Positions 44,637 to 58,608 of a stretch of 64,000 nucleotides of DNA are shown here, one piece after another. The stretch's first letter is position 1. Every line of letters starts with the position of its first letter. The DNA is from the human T2T-CHM13v2.0 reference genome, Homo sapiens, in NCBI RefSeq assembly GCF_009914755.1, contig NC_060932.1; one strand, 5' to 3'. Below the pieces are notes generated by a model. The model was not told where the DNA came from and did no database searches. It was given only the letters and a program-made list of their open reading frames with translations. A program made the translations under genes and the position numbers.

Positions 44637-47600
44637 TCACAGGATGCTAAAGATATGAGAGGTTCTGACGTACTGACTGTATTAGTGTTTGTTGGGGGTT
44701 TATGGACTGTGCATACAATGAGCAAGCTCATGGATGATGTGGGTGGTAAGTGGGCCTCTTTCTACCCTGACTGGCTGCCTCCCAGGTCACTACCCCATTA
44801 CCCAATCACTTCAGAGCGGGAACGTCACGGGGAGCCCTGTGGGTGAACTTGGGTCCCCTTCCTGGGCAGGGGCTTTGAGGCAGCCTCTGAGGCAGGTGGG
44901 CTGAGGCCTGGGATGGGGATGGGGGCTTTGAAAAAGCCTGGAGAGGGGCAGGAGGGCTGCAGGAGGTCATGCCGTGGACCTGTGCTGCATGTGCCCTTTA
45001 TAGCTGGCCCTTCTCCTTCCCACTCCCCTACCCACTGGCCCACGATTTCCCCTGCTGATCCTGGCTTTTTGTCAGCCAGCTAGAGGAGGGCAGGGGGCTG
45101 GCTGTGGCCTCTTGGTTCTCCTGTCGTCCCCACTCAGCCCAGCCCTTCTGCAGGGGCCTCTTCCCGACCTGGCATCCCCATAACAGCTCCCACCCCTGCC
45201 CCCTCCTTGGTCCGGGCTCCCCACTCCCAGCTCAGGCCAGGTCAGGAGGAAAACCTCGTTTCTCCCTCTCCCAAGGCCACTGACATGCAGCTGGGGTGGC
45301 TTCTGCCTGCCCTGCTTCACACCTGCTGTGCTGCAGCCTACTCAGAAGAGGCAGCGCCTCCCAGATCCCCACTCCCAGGGGAAGATGAGACTCTGCAGCA
45401 GAATAGAATGATGGGCCGTTAGGTCATGGACCAGCCTTCCCATTCTGCAGGTGAAGACCCTGAAGTCCGGGGAAGTGCAGGGCCTGTGTAAGAGGGCGAG
45501 ATCAGAAAGAAGCCACGCAGTGTGAAACAGACTGGTAGCCACTGCTGCTGTTTGGGACTAAAACCAAGTTCTTCCCGATGCAGCCGCCGGTGATTCTGTC
45601 TTCACTCACACCTTCCCAGCCTTCTCGCTGTTCCACTGCAAGCCCATTCCCCTCTCTGAGCTGCAGCCTGGCTGTTACCCATGCGTCGCTCAGCACCTTG
45701 TCCCATTCTGGTGTGCGTTCCCCTGTCACCACTGTGGGGGCCCCCCCCCCCCACACACACACACACTTTTCTATCCCTCTGTTTTATTTTCCCCACAGCC
45801 CTTGTCCCCCCAGCATGAGTTTCCATCACTATTTGCTCATTTGAACACTGTCTACCTCTGCCTGGAAACTGAGATCCAAGGGCAGGGACCTGGGGTGCTG
45901 TGGCCTCCAGACTTCCTGGGCACCTGCTGCAAGGGACTGGCCCAGAACAGCAGCCCTGGGGTCGTGGATGGATGGGTGACTCCGTCTGGCGCTTGACAAT
46001 TTGGAAAGCACAGGAAGATGTCAGGGCATGCTGCTGAGGTTCTGGGGCCACAGTCAGTCCTGGATGGAAATCCCCACTCCCCATCCTTGCTGTGTGGCCT
46101 TGGGCAAGTAACTCGCCGTCTCTGCACCTCAGGCTTCTCATGTGTAGAAAAATGTAGTGACAGTACCTGTGCAATGGGCAATTGTGAGGCTTTGATAGGA
46201 TGGCATCTGAGAAACTTCTAGCAAGCTGCCTGACCTGGAAAGTGTTCGACACTTACTCCTGGATGACCTTGGGAGGCGAAGGTTTGGCCAGCAAGCCAAG
46301 GGCCTGTGGTGCTTGCCAACTGGATTGTATGTTCTCGCCATCTCAAGTTCTTTTCGGAATGTGTTGAGGTATGAACGAATGAATTATTAAGCATTCTCTG
46401 TCTAGGAGACTAGGTTTTCTGTTCTTGTCAGGGGTTTTCAGTCTAAAACTGTTGTGGGGACACATCCCTTTCTTCATTTGCACCTGCTGGAAGTCAAGAG
46501 AGAATCCAACAAGAGACCCTTGTTCCCACTTTATGAACGAGGTGACTGAGGCTCAAGATGCTGATGTGGTTCTTGCCATCTCGGGGCTGGTCAGTGGGAA
46601 TGACAGGAAAGGCCTGGACCCGTGATCTCTGCCACAGTCACTCTCCCCCAGCCCTGGCACAGGGAGGGTGTGCACTGCTTCTAGCAGTGTCTACAAAGAG
46701 CTTGTGCTCCCTGGGAAGATGAGGCCCTTCTGAGCTTGGGCCTGCACCACACTGGCTTCAGCAGGGACCTAGAGGAGGCCGGGGGCTGGGAGCACAGAGG
46801 AGCCCCCTGCACTATCCATTGGCCAGGTGGTAATGGCAGCAGGAGGTGAGGGCTGCTGGCCTGCGACAGGGTGGAGTCCCACCCCCACCTGTTGGGAAGC
46901 TGCCCCTCCCTCTCTGCTGTGACCTCTTCTGGTCTCAGCCACCCCTGCTTCCATCCATCCTGCCATGTGTCACGTGTGCATGCATTCCTGGGCCAGGAAG
47001 GGTGGAGGGGCAAGGATGCTCAGTTTCTGACCTCAGAAAGCTTCCAGCTACAGCCCTGTGGGTTCTTTTTCATGCAGAGGAGCCAGGAGAGGGCCATGTT
47101 GGAGGAGCTGTGAGCACAGCCTGCAGACCCCTGAGTCAAGACAGGCCGGGCTGGGAAAGGGACTCCTGGCCTGTGGAAGTGGGCTCTTGCTCCAGCTCAG
47201 AGATGCTGCTGAGATTCACCTCCTCCTGGAATCTTCCTCGTACCCTCCCCCACCCAACTTGGGCTAGGAGTTCCCTCCTCTGCCCGCAGAGCTCCGCATG
47301 CTTTGGGCACAGCATAGTCTGTAGGCACCGGTCCTTGACTTTGTGTCCTTGGATGAGTTACTTAATGGTGCTCGCCTGTTTTCCCATTATAAAATGGGGA
47401 TAACAATAGACATACTGCCTTCAGTCACATTCCCCTGTTAGGGCACTAACGGTGTACCCCGCTAGCCTCGAGTGTCTGGCTCCGTGCCTGGCACATCGGA
47501 GGCCTCCCTGCCCTCTTTTCAGGTGACTGTTCTAGGAACAGGTGTGCCTTCCTGGCTACAGAGCGAGAGCTCAGAGCCCTGGGGAGCTCCAGCCCTGGCT

Positions 47601-49589
47601 CTGTGGTGCGGCTGGCCCCTGCTCTGCATCCTGCCCAAGTCTTTAAGGGGCTTGCCTGCCTCCCAGATCCTCATCCACGGTGCTGCTGCACCCCAGATGA
47701 AGGGGGCCCATGCTGGGTCACCAAGGGCAGGCCTTCTCCCTGCAGGGCAGTTATGGAGAGTCCACTAAGCTGGCCCGTAAGACTCAAGGCATGGAAGGGA
47801 CTTAGAAACGGTTGTTCCGCTCTTTATCTTATGGAGGGAGAGGCTGGAAGCGGGAGTAGGGGGGTGATTTGCTCCAGGCCCTAGAGCCGGCCCCTGCAGA
47901 GGCAGCCCCGGGGCCCAGGCTCCTCCAGCCAGGGCTCACCCCGGACTCCCAGGGTGTTTCCAGCAGCATGTGGAGTCATTGACAGGAGAGGACAGCGTGA
48001 GTGTGAGGCTCACTCAGTGGAGATGTGGCCTTTGCTGCCCTGCCCTGGGTCTGACTTTGAGGAGCCTCCCGAGAGGCTGCACCGCCCAGGGCAGGGCTGG
48101 GAATTGACGATCACCTGAAGATTTGGGCTCTAACATGTGGACATGTCACTGGCCACCCTGGGTGGTGCTGTGCCTGCTCCAGTAAATGCCATCTTCTATT
48201 TTGAGCCTGTTTCCCAGGGAGGCCCCAGGAAGCAACACAGATGAGCACGTCTCCCCAGAATGGGGCTGGTGGACACGGATACAAGGAGGGCTTGATAAGC
48301 CACAGCTACACGCCGGGGTGGGAGTGCGGGGCCTTCCCCATGGGAAAGCAGCCAGCTGGCAGGGGGTGCTATAGGAGAGGACAGACCGGGTCCTGCGGGG
48401 TGGGAGGTGCTAGAGGACGGGACAGACCAAGTCCTGCAAGGATAGACCATGTCCTGTAGGGTAGCTACTGAGGTGGAAAGATCTCTGGGCAGCCGACCAG
48501 GCCCTACAAGGTCTGCAGAGTCAGCTTCCAGGGCCTGAGAGCTCACCTGGTCTTCCCCGCTCATCTCACTCATAAGGAAACAGAGGGGAAGAGCTTCCTG
48601 AGGCCACTCAGCCAGGGCAGGGGGCAGCAGAACATAGCAGCCTTCTCAGCTGGCAGAGGTTTCAAGAGCCTAAGTCTCAGCACACACAGCAGATGCGGTG
48701 CTGGGCATCTTCCACAGGACCAACAGCTGCATGGGATGAGGGACAGCAGGACGCTGAGGGAGAGGGTCCATCTGCTGGATGGGGACGGACCTGAGCCCAA
48801 ATCCCAGTGCTCTAGTTCTTTTGCTGTGTGACTTTGGGAAAGCTTCCAAACCTCTCTGAAGCCCAGCCTCTTCACCCGTAGCTGGGATACTGGTTTTACC
48901 TCATAGGGTTGTTGCGAGGAACCAGTGAGATATTTTGGTGGTGCCTGGCATACAAATGGCAGCCGCTGTTATATCCTGAGTCCCCTTCTCTGAGGGAAAG
49001 GTGGCTGTTCTGCAGTCACCTCTCCCCTAACCCACCCTGCACCCTGGACTTCGCTACACGACTTTGAAAGGCATTGCTTACCCAACCCCAGGCCTGACAG
49101 CCACTTCGTCCTGGAAGGTAGGGAGCATTTGAGCCCAGAGCTGAAAAGATCGCCCAGGAATGCTCTTCCCTTGGCTCTTGGGTCCCTACACCTGTGTGAT
49201 CACATCCCCAAAGCCCTCCTGGCTCCCAGAATGAGGGAAGAACTGAGCAAAGCCCAGAGCAAAGGGATCCACAGTTCCCCTGGCGGTGGGCTATTCTCAA
49301 GGGACTGGATGAAAAGACTGGGACTTTTCAGCCTCAAAAACTGAAGGTTGGGAGAAGATGCAGGCAAAACATCTTAGAAGGTGAATGAAAGATCACCTTT
49401 GCCAATACTTGGGTCCAGGGCCCCGGGGGCTACACTGTGCTGTCTTTCTCCTCCTTCTTTGGGTGTGGATAAGTGGTGCTTCTCTTCCCTGATCACCAGG
49501 GCCCTCTCGGTCCTTTCTGACCTTCCTCTTCCATGGAAGCTAAGCGATGGTGTTTTCAGGGCTCCATCCTGGGCTGCTCTCCCTCGATC

Positions 49590-50390
49590 CCCCAGGGTGA
49601 CCCCAACCATGCCCCCAGATTTGCCATCTGTGCTTCCTCAACTCCACTGTCTGCGTCTCCAGCCTGGATTGTCATCTTGTGCTTCATAGAGACACCCACA
49701 TGGGCTCCTGGCCTGGATGTTCCCCAGGTATCTCACTCCCAAACCTTTGCTCTCCTTTTCGGTTCATCCCGGTGAATGGCAACACCATTCTTCTGGTCAA
49801 CCAAACCAAATCTCAGACGTGTCTTCATTTTCTCTCTTTTCCTCTGCCACTGAGAGCTATGATTTCCCCCTTGCCAGCATTACCACCATGGAGCAAGCTC
49901 TCCTCACTCGTAGTCACTGGGACTACTGTGTCTTCCGCTCCAACCCGTCTCCTTAGCTGCAGCCAGAGTGAGCCTCCTGATATGTCATCCGATCCTCACC
50001 ATGCCTGCCTCCTGCATGCATCTGTGCTCCCAAGGCCCTTTCTGTCCAGCCTGGCCTCCCCTTATTCCTTCCTCTCTGTCCCCACGCAAACCTGGGGGAT
50101 TTTGACCCTCTGGAACTGTCTACCTGGAGCACCCTCTTTCCCTTAGCTGCTTGGTGAACTCTCCCCCATCCTTGAGCACTCAGCTCCAGTGCCTCTGACA
50201 GAAATATCTCATGCTTAGCAATGGAATTAGAAGCCTTTCCTGCTGTTCCAACCTGGTTGCCAGCTCCTGAGGCGTGTCTCCTCCACTGGTCTGTGAACAG
50301 CATGAGGGCAGGGACCATGCTGGGTCCCCTGTGCCTACCCCAGGGCCTGGCATGCAGTAGGAGCTCAATTATGTCTGCTGAGTGCTTGAA
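49590..50390 (+). mobile_element. LINE-2 3' fragment
   Basis: cctggatgttccccaggtatctcact...aatggcaacaccattctt...cccagggcctggcatgcagtaggagctcaat. Confidence 0.7.
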
Positions 50391-51543
50391 TACGACTGAG
50401 AGGGGTTTGGATCACTGCAGTAGAGTGCTCAGGAATGTCATAAAGGGGCATGTTTCGGGCAGATTGTGGGACAGCATAGCCCGTGGGGAGGGAAAACCGC
50501 AGGACACGCCACCCCCAGGGGTGGGAGGGGTGGATGAAGAACCTCCTTAGTGTTTTAGATAAATTCATTAATGATAAGCCCACTATGGGCCGAAAAAGGA
50601 CACTAGAGTGTTTCAGCCACACCCTGCACCCGAGGCTTACACAAAGGTACAAGCACGTTCACTGCCCCGGGTGGGCTCTGCGGCCTGCTCAAGTGCACGT
50701 GTCCATTACACGATTCAAAGCCCCCGGTGGAGTGTGGGTGACTTCACTTTGGGTCGGGGGTCCTTTCTCATAGCTGTGAAGTGCTTGGATCGGCTATTCG
50801 TGTTTCCCTCCTGTGGGCAGAGCTGATCTCACCCCTATTCCCCATGGGCAACCTGTGTGCAAATAGGCTACTTGGGTCCCGGCAGATTGTGAGAAACCTG
50901 CAGGCAGAGTGACACAGGGAGGTGTGTGTGGTCAGGAGGTCTTTAGCTCTAATTTGAGTGAGGTCAAAGTGGCCTTCCCATCACGGGCATGGCAGCGGTC
51001 ACAACTCCACGCTGAAAAGCACAGGGCGCCACCAGCAAGGGGCTTGTCTTGCTTGGTTGGAAAGACTGCGTGGGGGCTAGAGAGGAATCAAATATGGTCC
51101 CCATATTCACTCCGGGCTGGGGACTTAGGCTGGGCTGGAGAGTGAGGCTTGGGGACAGGAGAGGGAAGGGAGGAGCAGAGCTGGGAGTTCCCATGAGCTG
51201 CTCTGCACACCACCCAGCTCTCGGGTTCCCCAGCAGAGACGCGGCGCTAGGCCAGAGCCTGGAGAAGGGAAGGGCTATGCGTACCCTTGCCCTGGGGGCT
51301 TGGAATAGAGACATATGAACTTTCCAGAGTTCAAGGATTTTATTAAGAAGTCGCCCAATGTGTTCATTCATTCATTAGAGAAAATCAAATGCCCGTAAGT
51401 ACCAGGTCGTGTGCCTCATATCAGAGATATAAAGATAAACAAAAAACCAAAACCTTGGTCTCTGTCCTTCTGGGAGCTTAGATGGGGAAACAAAGGGAAA
51501 CCCACATTTCTCCAATACATGGGTTTGCCAAGGCATTTTGGTC

Positions 51544-51845
51544 TTTTCATTTTTATTTATTTATTTAGAGATGGAGTCTCACTGTGTTGTCCAGGCTGGA
51601 GTGCAGTGGCGCCATCTCGGCTCATTCCAACTTCCACCTCCCGAGTTCAAGCAATTATCCTGCCTCAACCACCCAGTTAGCTGGGATTGTAAGTGTGCAC
51701 CACCATGCCCAGCTAATTTTTGTAGTTTTAGTAGAGACAGGGTTTCACCATGTTGACCGGGCTGGTGTCGAACTCCCGACCTCGTGTGATCCGCCTGCCT
51801 TGGCCTCCCAAAGTGCTGGGACTGCAGGTATGAGCCACCGTGCGC
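51544..51845 (-). mobile_element. Alu (AluS-like)
   Basis: (TTTA)n tail plus dimer; TSD gcattttgg(t/c)ctttt. Confidence 0.95.
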
Positions 51846-54649
51846 AACAGCATTTTGGCCTTTTTAATCAAGTTTTTTGCAACGTCTTGGAGAAGGCCCT
51901 GGTGGCCTGAGCCCTACTTGCTGGTGGGGAAATGAGGCTGGGTGGCGTGGGGTGGAGCCAGTTTCACCCAGGCAATGCTCTCCCGAGCCCTGGGATGTTT
52001 ACAGAAGTCACCCTCGAGCTTGACCCTACATCCAGAAAGACTGCATGGCGACATCTACCGCATTCTGCCTCTGTTCCCAGAAGCCTCAGGGTGCTTTCCT
52101 CTGCCATGTCCCCTGGGACCCTGGAAAGAAATGCCATTTCATCCCTGCGTTCTCAGACACGCACCCTGAGCCCACCACCATTGTTCAGCTGATGTCAGAG
52201 TTGCTGGAAAGAAGGGCTAAAAATAGCTCTGATTTCATGTGCTCTCAGGGGCTGGGTTGGCAGCTGGGCCCCCACCTTTTCCTTGTACAGAAGGCATCTC
52301 TGCTCTAGGGTATGTTGGGGGCAGGGTGTGTGCAGGGTGGAGGGGAGCATAGAAGTTTCTCGGAGCCAGCCAGGCTGTGGAAGGTTCTAGAGTCTGTTCT
52401 CATACTCAGAGCCTGTGAACCAGAGGTCTGTGGCCCTGGTCGCGACTACATGGGTGCACTATTTCTGCAGGCCCTTTGAGCTGCCAGACCTTGCCTTTGA
52501 GTGGTTCTGAGGGAGTCTGAAAGTGGGATTTGTGTGTGGGTGTGGGGCACCCTGCCCTGGCGTGTGGTGAATGGCTGGAGTGGAGAGGATTTTCGAAAGG
52601 TCAGTGGGTCCAACCCTTGCCTTCTGTGTGCTGGGAGCATCTGACAGGCTTGTTTCTGTTTTCTTAAACCGTCCAGGGAGTGGCAGGAAACCTGTCTCGT
52701 TGTAGGTTCAGCCAGCTGTGCTGGTCACTAAGTTCTTTCTTGTGTTCAACTTAAATCTTTCCTGCTTGAATTTAGCTGCTGCCCTTGTCATCTACCTTTG
52801 GGAACATCTAGTTCATGTATTTGAAGCTAGGGTTACAGGCAGCTCTTGGTCGAAGGAGACCAGCTTCCATCAGAGTCATCAGAGCCAGGGCCAAACTCAG
52901 TTGAGTGCACTCTGATTGGATGTTACCGTGGTGGGCTGGGGGGCGCTGGGTATATGGATGCCCCTCCTGGAGGTTAAAATCTAGCTGGAGAGGCTTCTCT
53001 CTTCCTAAGGGACTGGGTGCAGGGTCGGGGGTAAGGAGAGCTCGGATATTGGAGGAGAGAGGCCTCCAGGGGTGGGAAACAGAGGCAAGCACCACATCCG
53101 GGCAGGGGGAGACTTCCGCCTGGCTTTAGCAGGGCCATTGAACTCCCTGATCCTCAAGGTGTCCTCATCTGTAAAATGGGGCTCGCAGATGATCTCATTC
53201 GTAGGGATGTGGACAGGAGTGAATGAGAAGGGGAGGGAATGAGAAAGAGAGCAGGAGAGCATAGTGCCCTGGCGTAAAAGCACTCCCTCTCGAGTCAACC
53301 ACCTGGGTATGACAACCTCTTGCTTTGGTCTCTTCATCTGAGGACGATCGTAAGGCTTTCTGGAGGCTTAGATGAGTTGATAGATGCAGAGCACTTCCAT
53401 TGTGCCTGGCACAGAAATGGTAGCTACGGGAGGACGAGCGAGGGGTGGAATTTCACCAGGTCAAGGAGCAGGCATGTGGCGGGGAGCTTGGCCCTACACA
53501 GGGATGGATCTCCAGGCAGAGGGGACAGCAGGAGCAGATACAGAGAGGGGCACCCTTAGGAAGGTCTGGGGATGGAGAGCCATGGATGTGGCTGGAGGGC
53601 AGGAGCAGGTGTGGGGAACAGGCGAGAAGGCAGGTCGGAGTCAACCATGGGAGACTGAAATCCAGGGTGCAGAGGCAATGGAGGCCACCCAGGTTAGTTA
53701 ATGTAGCTTAGCCTCAGCTTCCTCATCTGTCAAATGGGACTGCTCATCATAGTAACTGCCTGTTTGCCTGGCAAAGGCTTACAGGCTGTACCCTGTCCTG
53801 TCTGTGACAACTCAGACAGTGATGCTCCTGAGATCTGCGAATGGTATGGAAGGGTGCCAAGGCCTTTTGCTCTGTCCTGCAGCCTGCTCCTGAGCTATGA
53901 TCCCAGGAAGCAGCCACTAAGGCTCTGACCTGGGCAGAGTGAATGGCAGGCAGGTAGAAGAGCCCCAGATGGGTACGGTGCCTACCTGGGCCATGCAGCC
54001 TATGGTCCTGAAGCCTTCCTGGCCCCTCCTTTGAGCCATTTTCTCCTGCAGCCACTGCATGTGGCCACCTGGCCCTAGATCCTTGCAGCCCTGGGATGTG
54101 GTCAGACATGGAAAGGACAAACAAGGAGGCAACTGTTCCACCCTCAGAAGGATGCGTCAGGCAAGAATGCGATCTTGCAATGTCTCAAAAGCTTTGCTGT
54201 GGCTGCAAGTCAGGACTCCAAAATAAGCTAGGCATGGGATAAGGGAAGGGGTTGTAGCGTGAACAGGGCGGAGGGAAGGCAGGGGTGATTGGCAAGTTGG
54301 GGCATCAGTGAGCTCGCGAGTGCTTTGGCGGCAACTAGCTTAGCCCTGTTCTCAATAATGGGGGCAGCGTGGCGCTGAATTTGGAACACCTGGATCTGCT
54401 CACATAGTGCTTACTTCGTAATTTGAGGGCTCCTGCTGTCCTCTCTGAGGTGAGTCCAACAGCTGAATGTGAGTTTGGCTTTTTGCTCTGTGTGCCCGGT
54501 CTCTCTGCCTCCCTGTGGAGGCCACAGTGATGGCGAGTGACCGGGAGCAGGCAGTCCTGGGAGCAGGAAGTCCTGGGAGCAGGAGGGGAAGCACAGGCAA
54601 GAGACCTCGCCCACAGCAATCCAGGCTGGCTGTGGACTCAGGGCCGTGG

Positions 54650-54935
54650 CGGATGTGACTGTGTGTCCACACGTATCTGTATAGATGGAAGCTGAGCTGT
54701 GTGTTGCATGTATGGATATTTGGTAGTTTGCATGCGTGTGTGCTCTGTCAGACACAATGCACCTGTGTGGAGTGTGACCATGTGGGTGGATGTACTTTGT
54801 GTTGAGTACGCTGTGTGTAAAGTGTATGCATATTGTGAATGCCGTGTGTGTATGCAACTGTGTGTGGTATGTTCGAGTGTGTGTGTTCATGTGGGAGGTG
54901 TGTGTATGGGTGCGGTTGTGTGTATGTGTGAGATA
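54650..54935. repeat. degenerate (TG)-rich low-complexity tract
   Basis: direct reading; source of His/Thr- and Cys/Val-rich pseudo-ORFs. Confidence 0.85.
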
Positions 54936-57900
54936 GTGCACCTGCATCCTCCCAGGATAAGAGTAAAGATGGTTTGAGTAAAAATCCCTCAGAGGGGATA
55001 ACTGTGTCATTATCAGCTTCAGAGAAAAGCTGTGCTCTGCCTTTAAGGTCGGCTTTCGGAGTCTTTTTGGAAAGAGCTTGAACAGTTCTTGGCCACAAAG
55101 GGGTCGGAGTGCAGCCCACAGGCCTGGCTGCTGGGGCAGAGGCAGCCGTGGAAGGGCCGTTGGGGTTCTATGTGCTGCTGTGACTTTGGGCCTGGGGCCT
55201 CCAGGGCTCCCTTTGTGAGCCCAAGGGTTGCATTTGACATGTTCTAAGGCCCTGCTGGTCGAGGGTGGGGGGTCTCAGCTCCCCAGCCTCCTCACAACCT
55301 CCACAGCACTCAGCACCCATGAGCCCCCAGGCCACGTAGCCACACAGACTGTAGGCTCTGAGGTCAGGAGGCTGGGGCTGAAGCCCAGCCCTACCACACA
55401 GTCCCTCAGCACATGCCCTGTGGGTCTTCCCAGGAGCAGGCCTCTGGTAGGGGCTGGGGACCCAGTGCAGGGCAAAATCAGGCTCAGAGACTGCCTGCGG
55501 GGCTGAAGGTCCTGCAGGAGTGGCCGAGCTTAACCTCAGCTCACACAGGTGCTTGGCAACAGCCCAGTGCATGGGGTCAGCAGACCCAGCTGGATGCCAT
55601 CAGCCAGTTCCTTTGCCTCAGTTTCTCCATCTCCACAGGGCCCATGGTGCCCATCCTGGGGTCAGGGCAGAAGCAGGAGGCCTTGCAAGTGCTGAGTGCT
55701 CCTAAGCGGTATCACTTTGTGTGGTTGTGGTTGTGACACCGTCCCCTCTGTTCCTGCCCCCAGGGAACCAACCTGCAGACAGTCAAGGGCTGAAGGGTTG
55801 CCTGGGGAGGGGGGCACAGGTGGAGGGTGTCGGTGGGAGGAGGCTGTGAACCCGGAGGAAGGACAGGAGAGAGGGTAGAAGGAGCCTGTTGGACAGGGCC
55901 TGGAGGGGTCTCCGTGTCATAAGGCAGTGGGAAAGGTGGCCTCCTCAGACTCCTCTCCACTGAGTCTCCTCCAGGAGTCATCGAGGAGCCCCCTCACCTC
56001 CTCCCTGGGTGTCTGAGAAGCCTGGCCCGGTGGCCGAGTCACTGTGGCTACAGGGACCAGAGCTATGTCCCTGCGTGACCCCAGCCTTGGCATCCTGTTC
56101 ATAACCAAGCCTGGAGCTGATGGCAAGGAGCAGCTGAAGGGAAGGGGCTGCCCTTCTGATCGATATCTGGTGGAAAGAATCAGTGGGTCACAGCACCTAC
56201 CACATATGGAACAAAGCAGTTTGCTGGTGATGGGCCCGCCGGCCTATTGCAAAGGGGATGTGTGTGACATCTCGGGGTACAGCTGGTTGTCGCGTACAGG
56301 TTGTTTGTGTCCTGAATATGTGACACTGCTGCTGGCCAAGGCAGCTCCTGGGATAGTGGGGAGAAGCCACTGGTGAGATCTTGGGAGCCCCAGGAGGAGG
56401 GTGGGACCTGTGTTGCGTGGCTTTGAACCAGCTCTGCTCCCGGACCAGCCGTCTGCAGGTGCCGACAAAGAGATCAAAAAGGGGTTTCCCCTGCGGAACT
56501 CAGCCTTCTGCTAGGGCTTGCTATGCCACTTGGGGGACACAGGTGAAAATCGGGGCCTACTATGGCCTCTGCCCAGCCAGTTTCCCATGGCTTCCTGGGG
56601 CTGCAGCCCTCCTGGTTTGGCACATGGGCTCTGGAGGGAATGCTGTAGGTTGTCCACAGTGACTACTGCGGGCCCTGAACCTGGAGCCCTGAAGGCATGA
56701 GCTATGTGGCATTCTCGAATGTTGACCAAGGAGGAAAGCTAAGTAACTTACAGTGAGAGTCCTGTGAGTGTGGTGCCCAGACCTGCTTTGTTCCTGCTCA
56801 TGATGCCACCTCTCAGCTTAGGCACTTCCCTCCCTCCCCGTCTCTCCCTCTCCCTTCCTCCATTTCTTTCTTTCACTAATGTGGGTCCAGGGCACACCAT
56901 GTGCCAGGCGCTCTGCTACATGAGGGGCCATGCCAGTGACCAGCACAGACATGGTCCTGCCCACTAGGCCCTCCCTGGAAAGGTGCACATTGCATTACAC
57001 GTCGACGCAGGATTTCTCGCAAACACTCCAGGTGCTTCTCAGGTGCAGCCAGGATTGACACCCCTTGTGCTACGATGTGCACACTCAGGGGACACACCTG
57101 GGGGAGGGGGAGGCTGGCTGCTGTGGACCCCCGAAGCCCAGGGAGAAGCTGGAGATGCACAATGAAGAGCAGTTCTCCCAAGGACGCCTGACAACCTCCT
57201 AGGCAGCAGGGCCCAGCCCCTGGCCTTGGGAATGTCTTCTGAGGACAGCTCTGCATTGCTCACAGTGCCCAGGAGGCCTGAAGGTGGGCGAGGCCCCTGG
57301 TCTCTGGTCGAAAGCAGAGCTCTGCATTAGGGCAGGAATTTCAAGAACCCAGCGACTTAGGGGAAGCTTTACGAACCAGCCTGGAGTCTTAGGCCCCTTC
57401 TGCGTGACCACCACTCCCAGGTGGGATACAAGCGCTCATAGAATCAGGTTTCTGAATAAGCCGCTTGAGGGGTGAGAGCTAGAGATTGCTAAGGCCACTG
57501 GGTGCAGGTCAGGTGCCCAAGTAGGCAGTGAGGTCACCCCTCTCAGGAGCTGGCTTGTCCCCAGGGGCCTGGGTCTCTAGGATAGGACTGTGGGAGCAGC
57601 TGTCCCTTAAATCCTGGTGATCCCCACCCATTTGTTCCTCGAGCAGGTCAGCGTAGCCTTGGGAAGTCATCAGTAGAGTGTTCCTCTCAGTCACTGGTCC
57701 TTGGGGCCAGGCCCAAAGAGACATTCGTTAGGAGGGAGAGAAGCAGGAACTGTGGTGGGCGGGCCTGGATTCTTCTCTGCCAGGGCTCTTCCTGCCCTTC
57801 CTTCCTTCCTTCTTGCCTGGTTGGGCCGGTCAGCTGTTTACTGGGGAGCGGAAGTTCTGAAGCCCTCATACTTGCTTGTGCTGGGAGTGAAGTTTCCTTT

Positions 57901-58139
57901 GGGCCTTTCCATCCAGGGTTTGTGAGCTCATTCCTTCCAGAAGGCTGCAGAAGCAGGTCCTGGGAGAAGCAGGTCCTGGGAGAAGCAGGAAAAGGTCCTT
58001 GCAGATAGTGTTCGGGGACAGATGGATTTCTTGCGGCCCCACTGAAGCTTAAGCTTTAGGGCCCCTCACTTTTACGGGCCTCTAATGGGACCCTGTACTC
58101 AATTTTGAATAAGTAATTTTGTATTCTTTTTCTTTACAT

Positions 58140-58608
58140 TTTTTAAAAATTTAAGATTCTTTTTTGGACAATTTTGTAAATTAACATTTACATAGAGTAA
58201 AATTGACTTGTATGTGTGTTTGTAGAGGTCTTTGAGTTTCAGTGCATACGCGGATTCACATAGTCACCACCATAATCAGCTCACAGGACAGTTCCACCAC
58301 CCCAGAACACTCTCCCATGTGCCCACTTTTAAGCAAATCATGCCTTAATTTCACTCCCTGGGAACTACCAATCTGTTCTCCATCCCTCTGGCCTTGCAGA
58401 ATATCATATAAGTGGAATCACACTGTATATAACTATCGAGACAGACTTCACTCATTTAGGATAATGCCTTGGAGATTCATCCAGGTTGTTGTGTGTGTCA
58501 GTGGTTTGTTCCTTTTTATTCCTGAGTAGTATTCCACAGTATGGATTACCATAATTGTTTATATATTCACCTGCGGAAGGATAGTAGGCAAGTATGAAAA
58601 GAACTGCT
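58140..58608 (-). mobile_element. old L1M 3'-end fragment, the host of the young L1 insertion
   Basis: atatcatataagtggaatcacactgtat...ggagattcatccaggttgttg...gagtagtattccacagtatgga. Confidence 0.8.

Noticed and set aside
54411-55010. His/Thr-rich 199-aa ORF and overlapping Cys/Val-rich ORF
   Set aside because: Translation of a degenerate CA/TG tract, not a metal-binding protein
54543-57989. Two similar 16-bp tandem repeats (54543-54583 and 57949-57989) sharing agcagg/gtcctgggag
   Set aside because: About 2.5 copies each in purine-rich sequence; flanks unrelated, so probably coincidental
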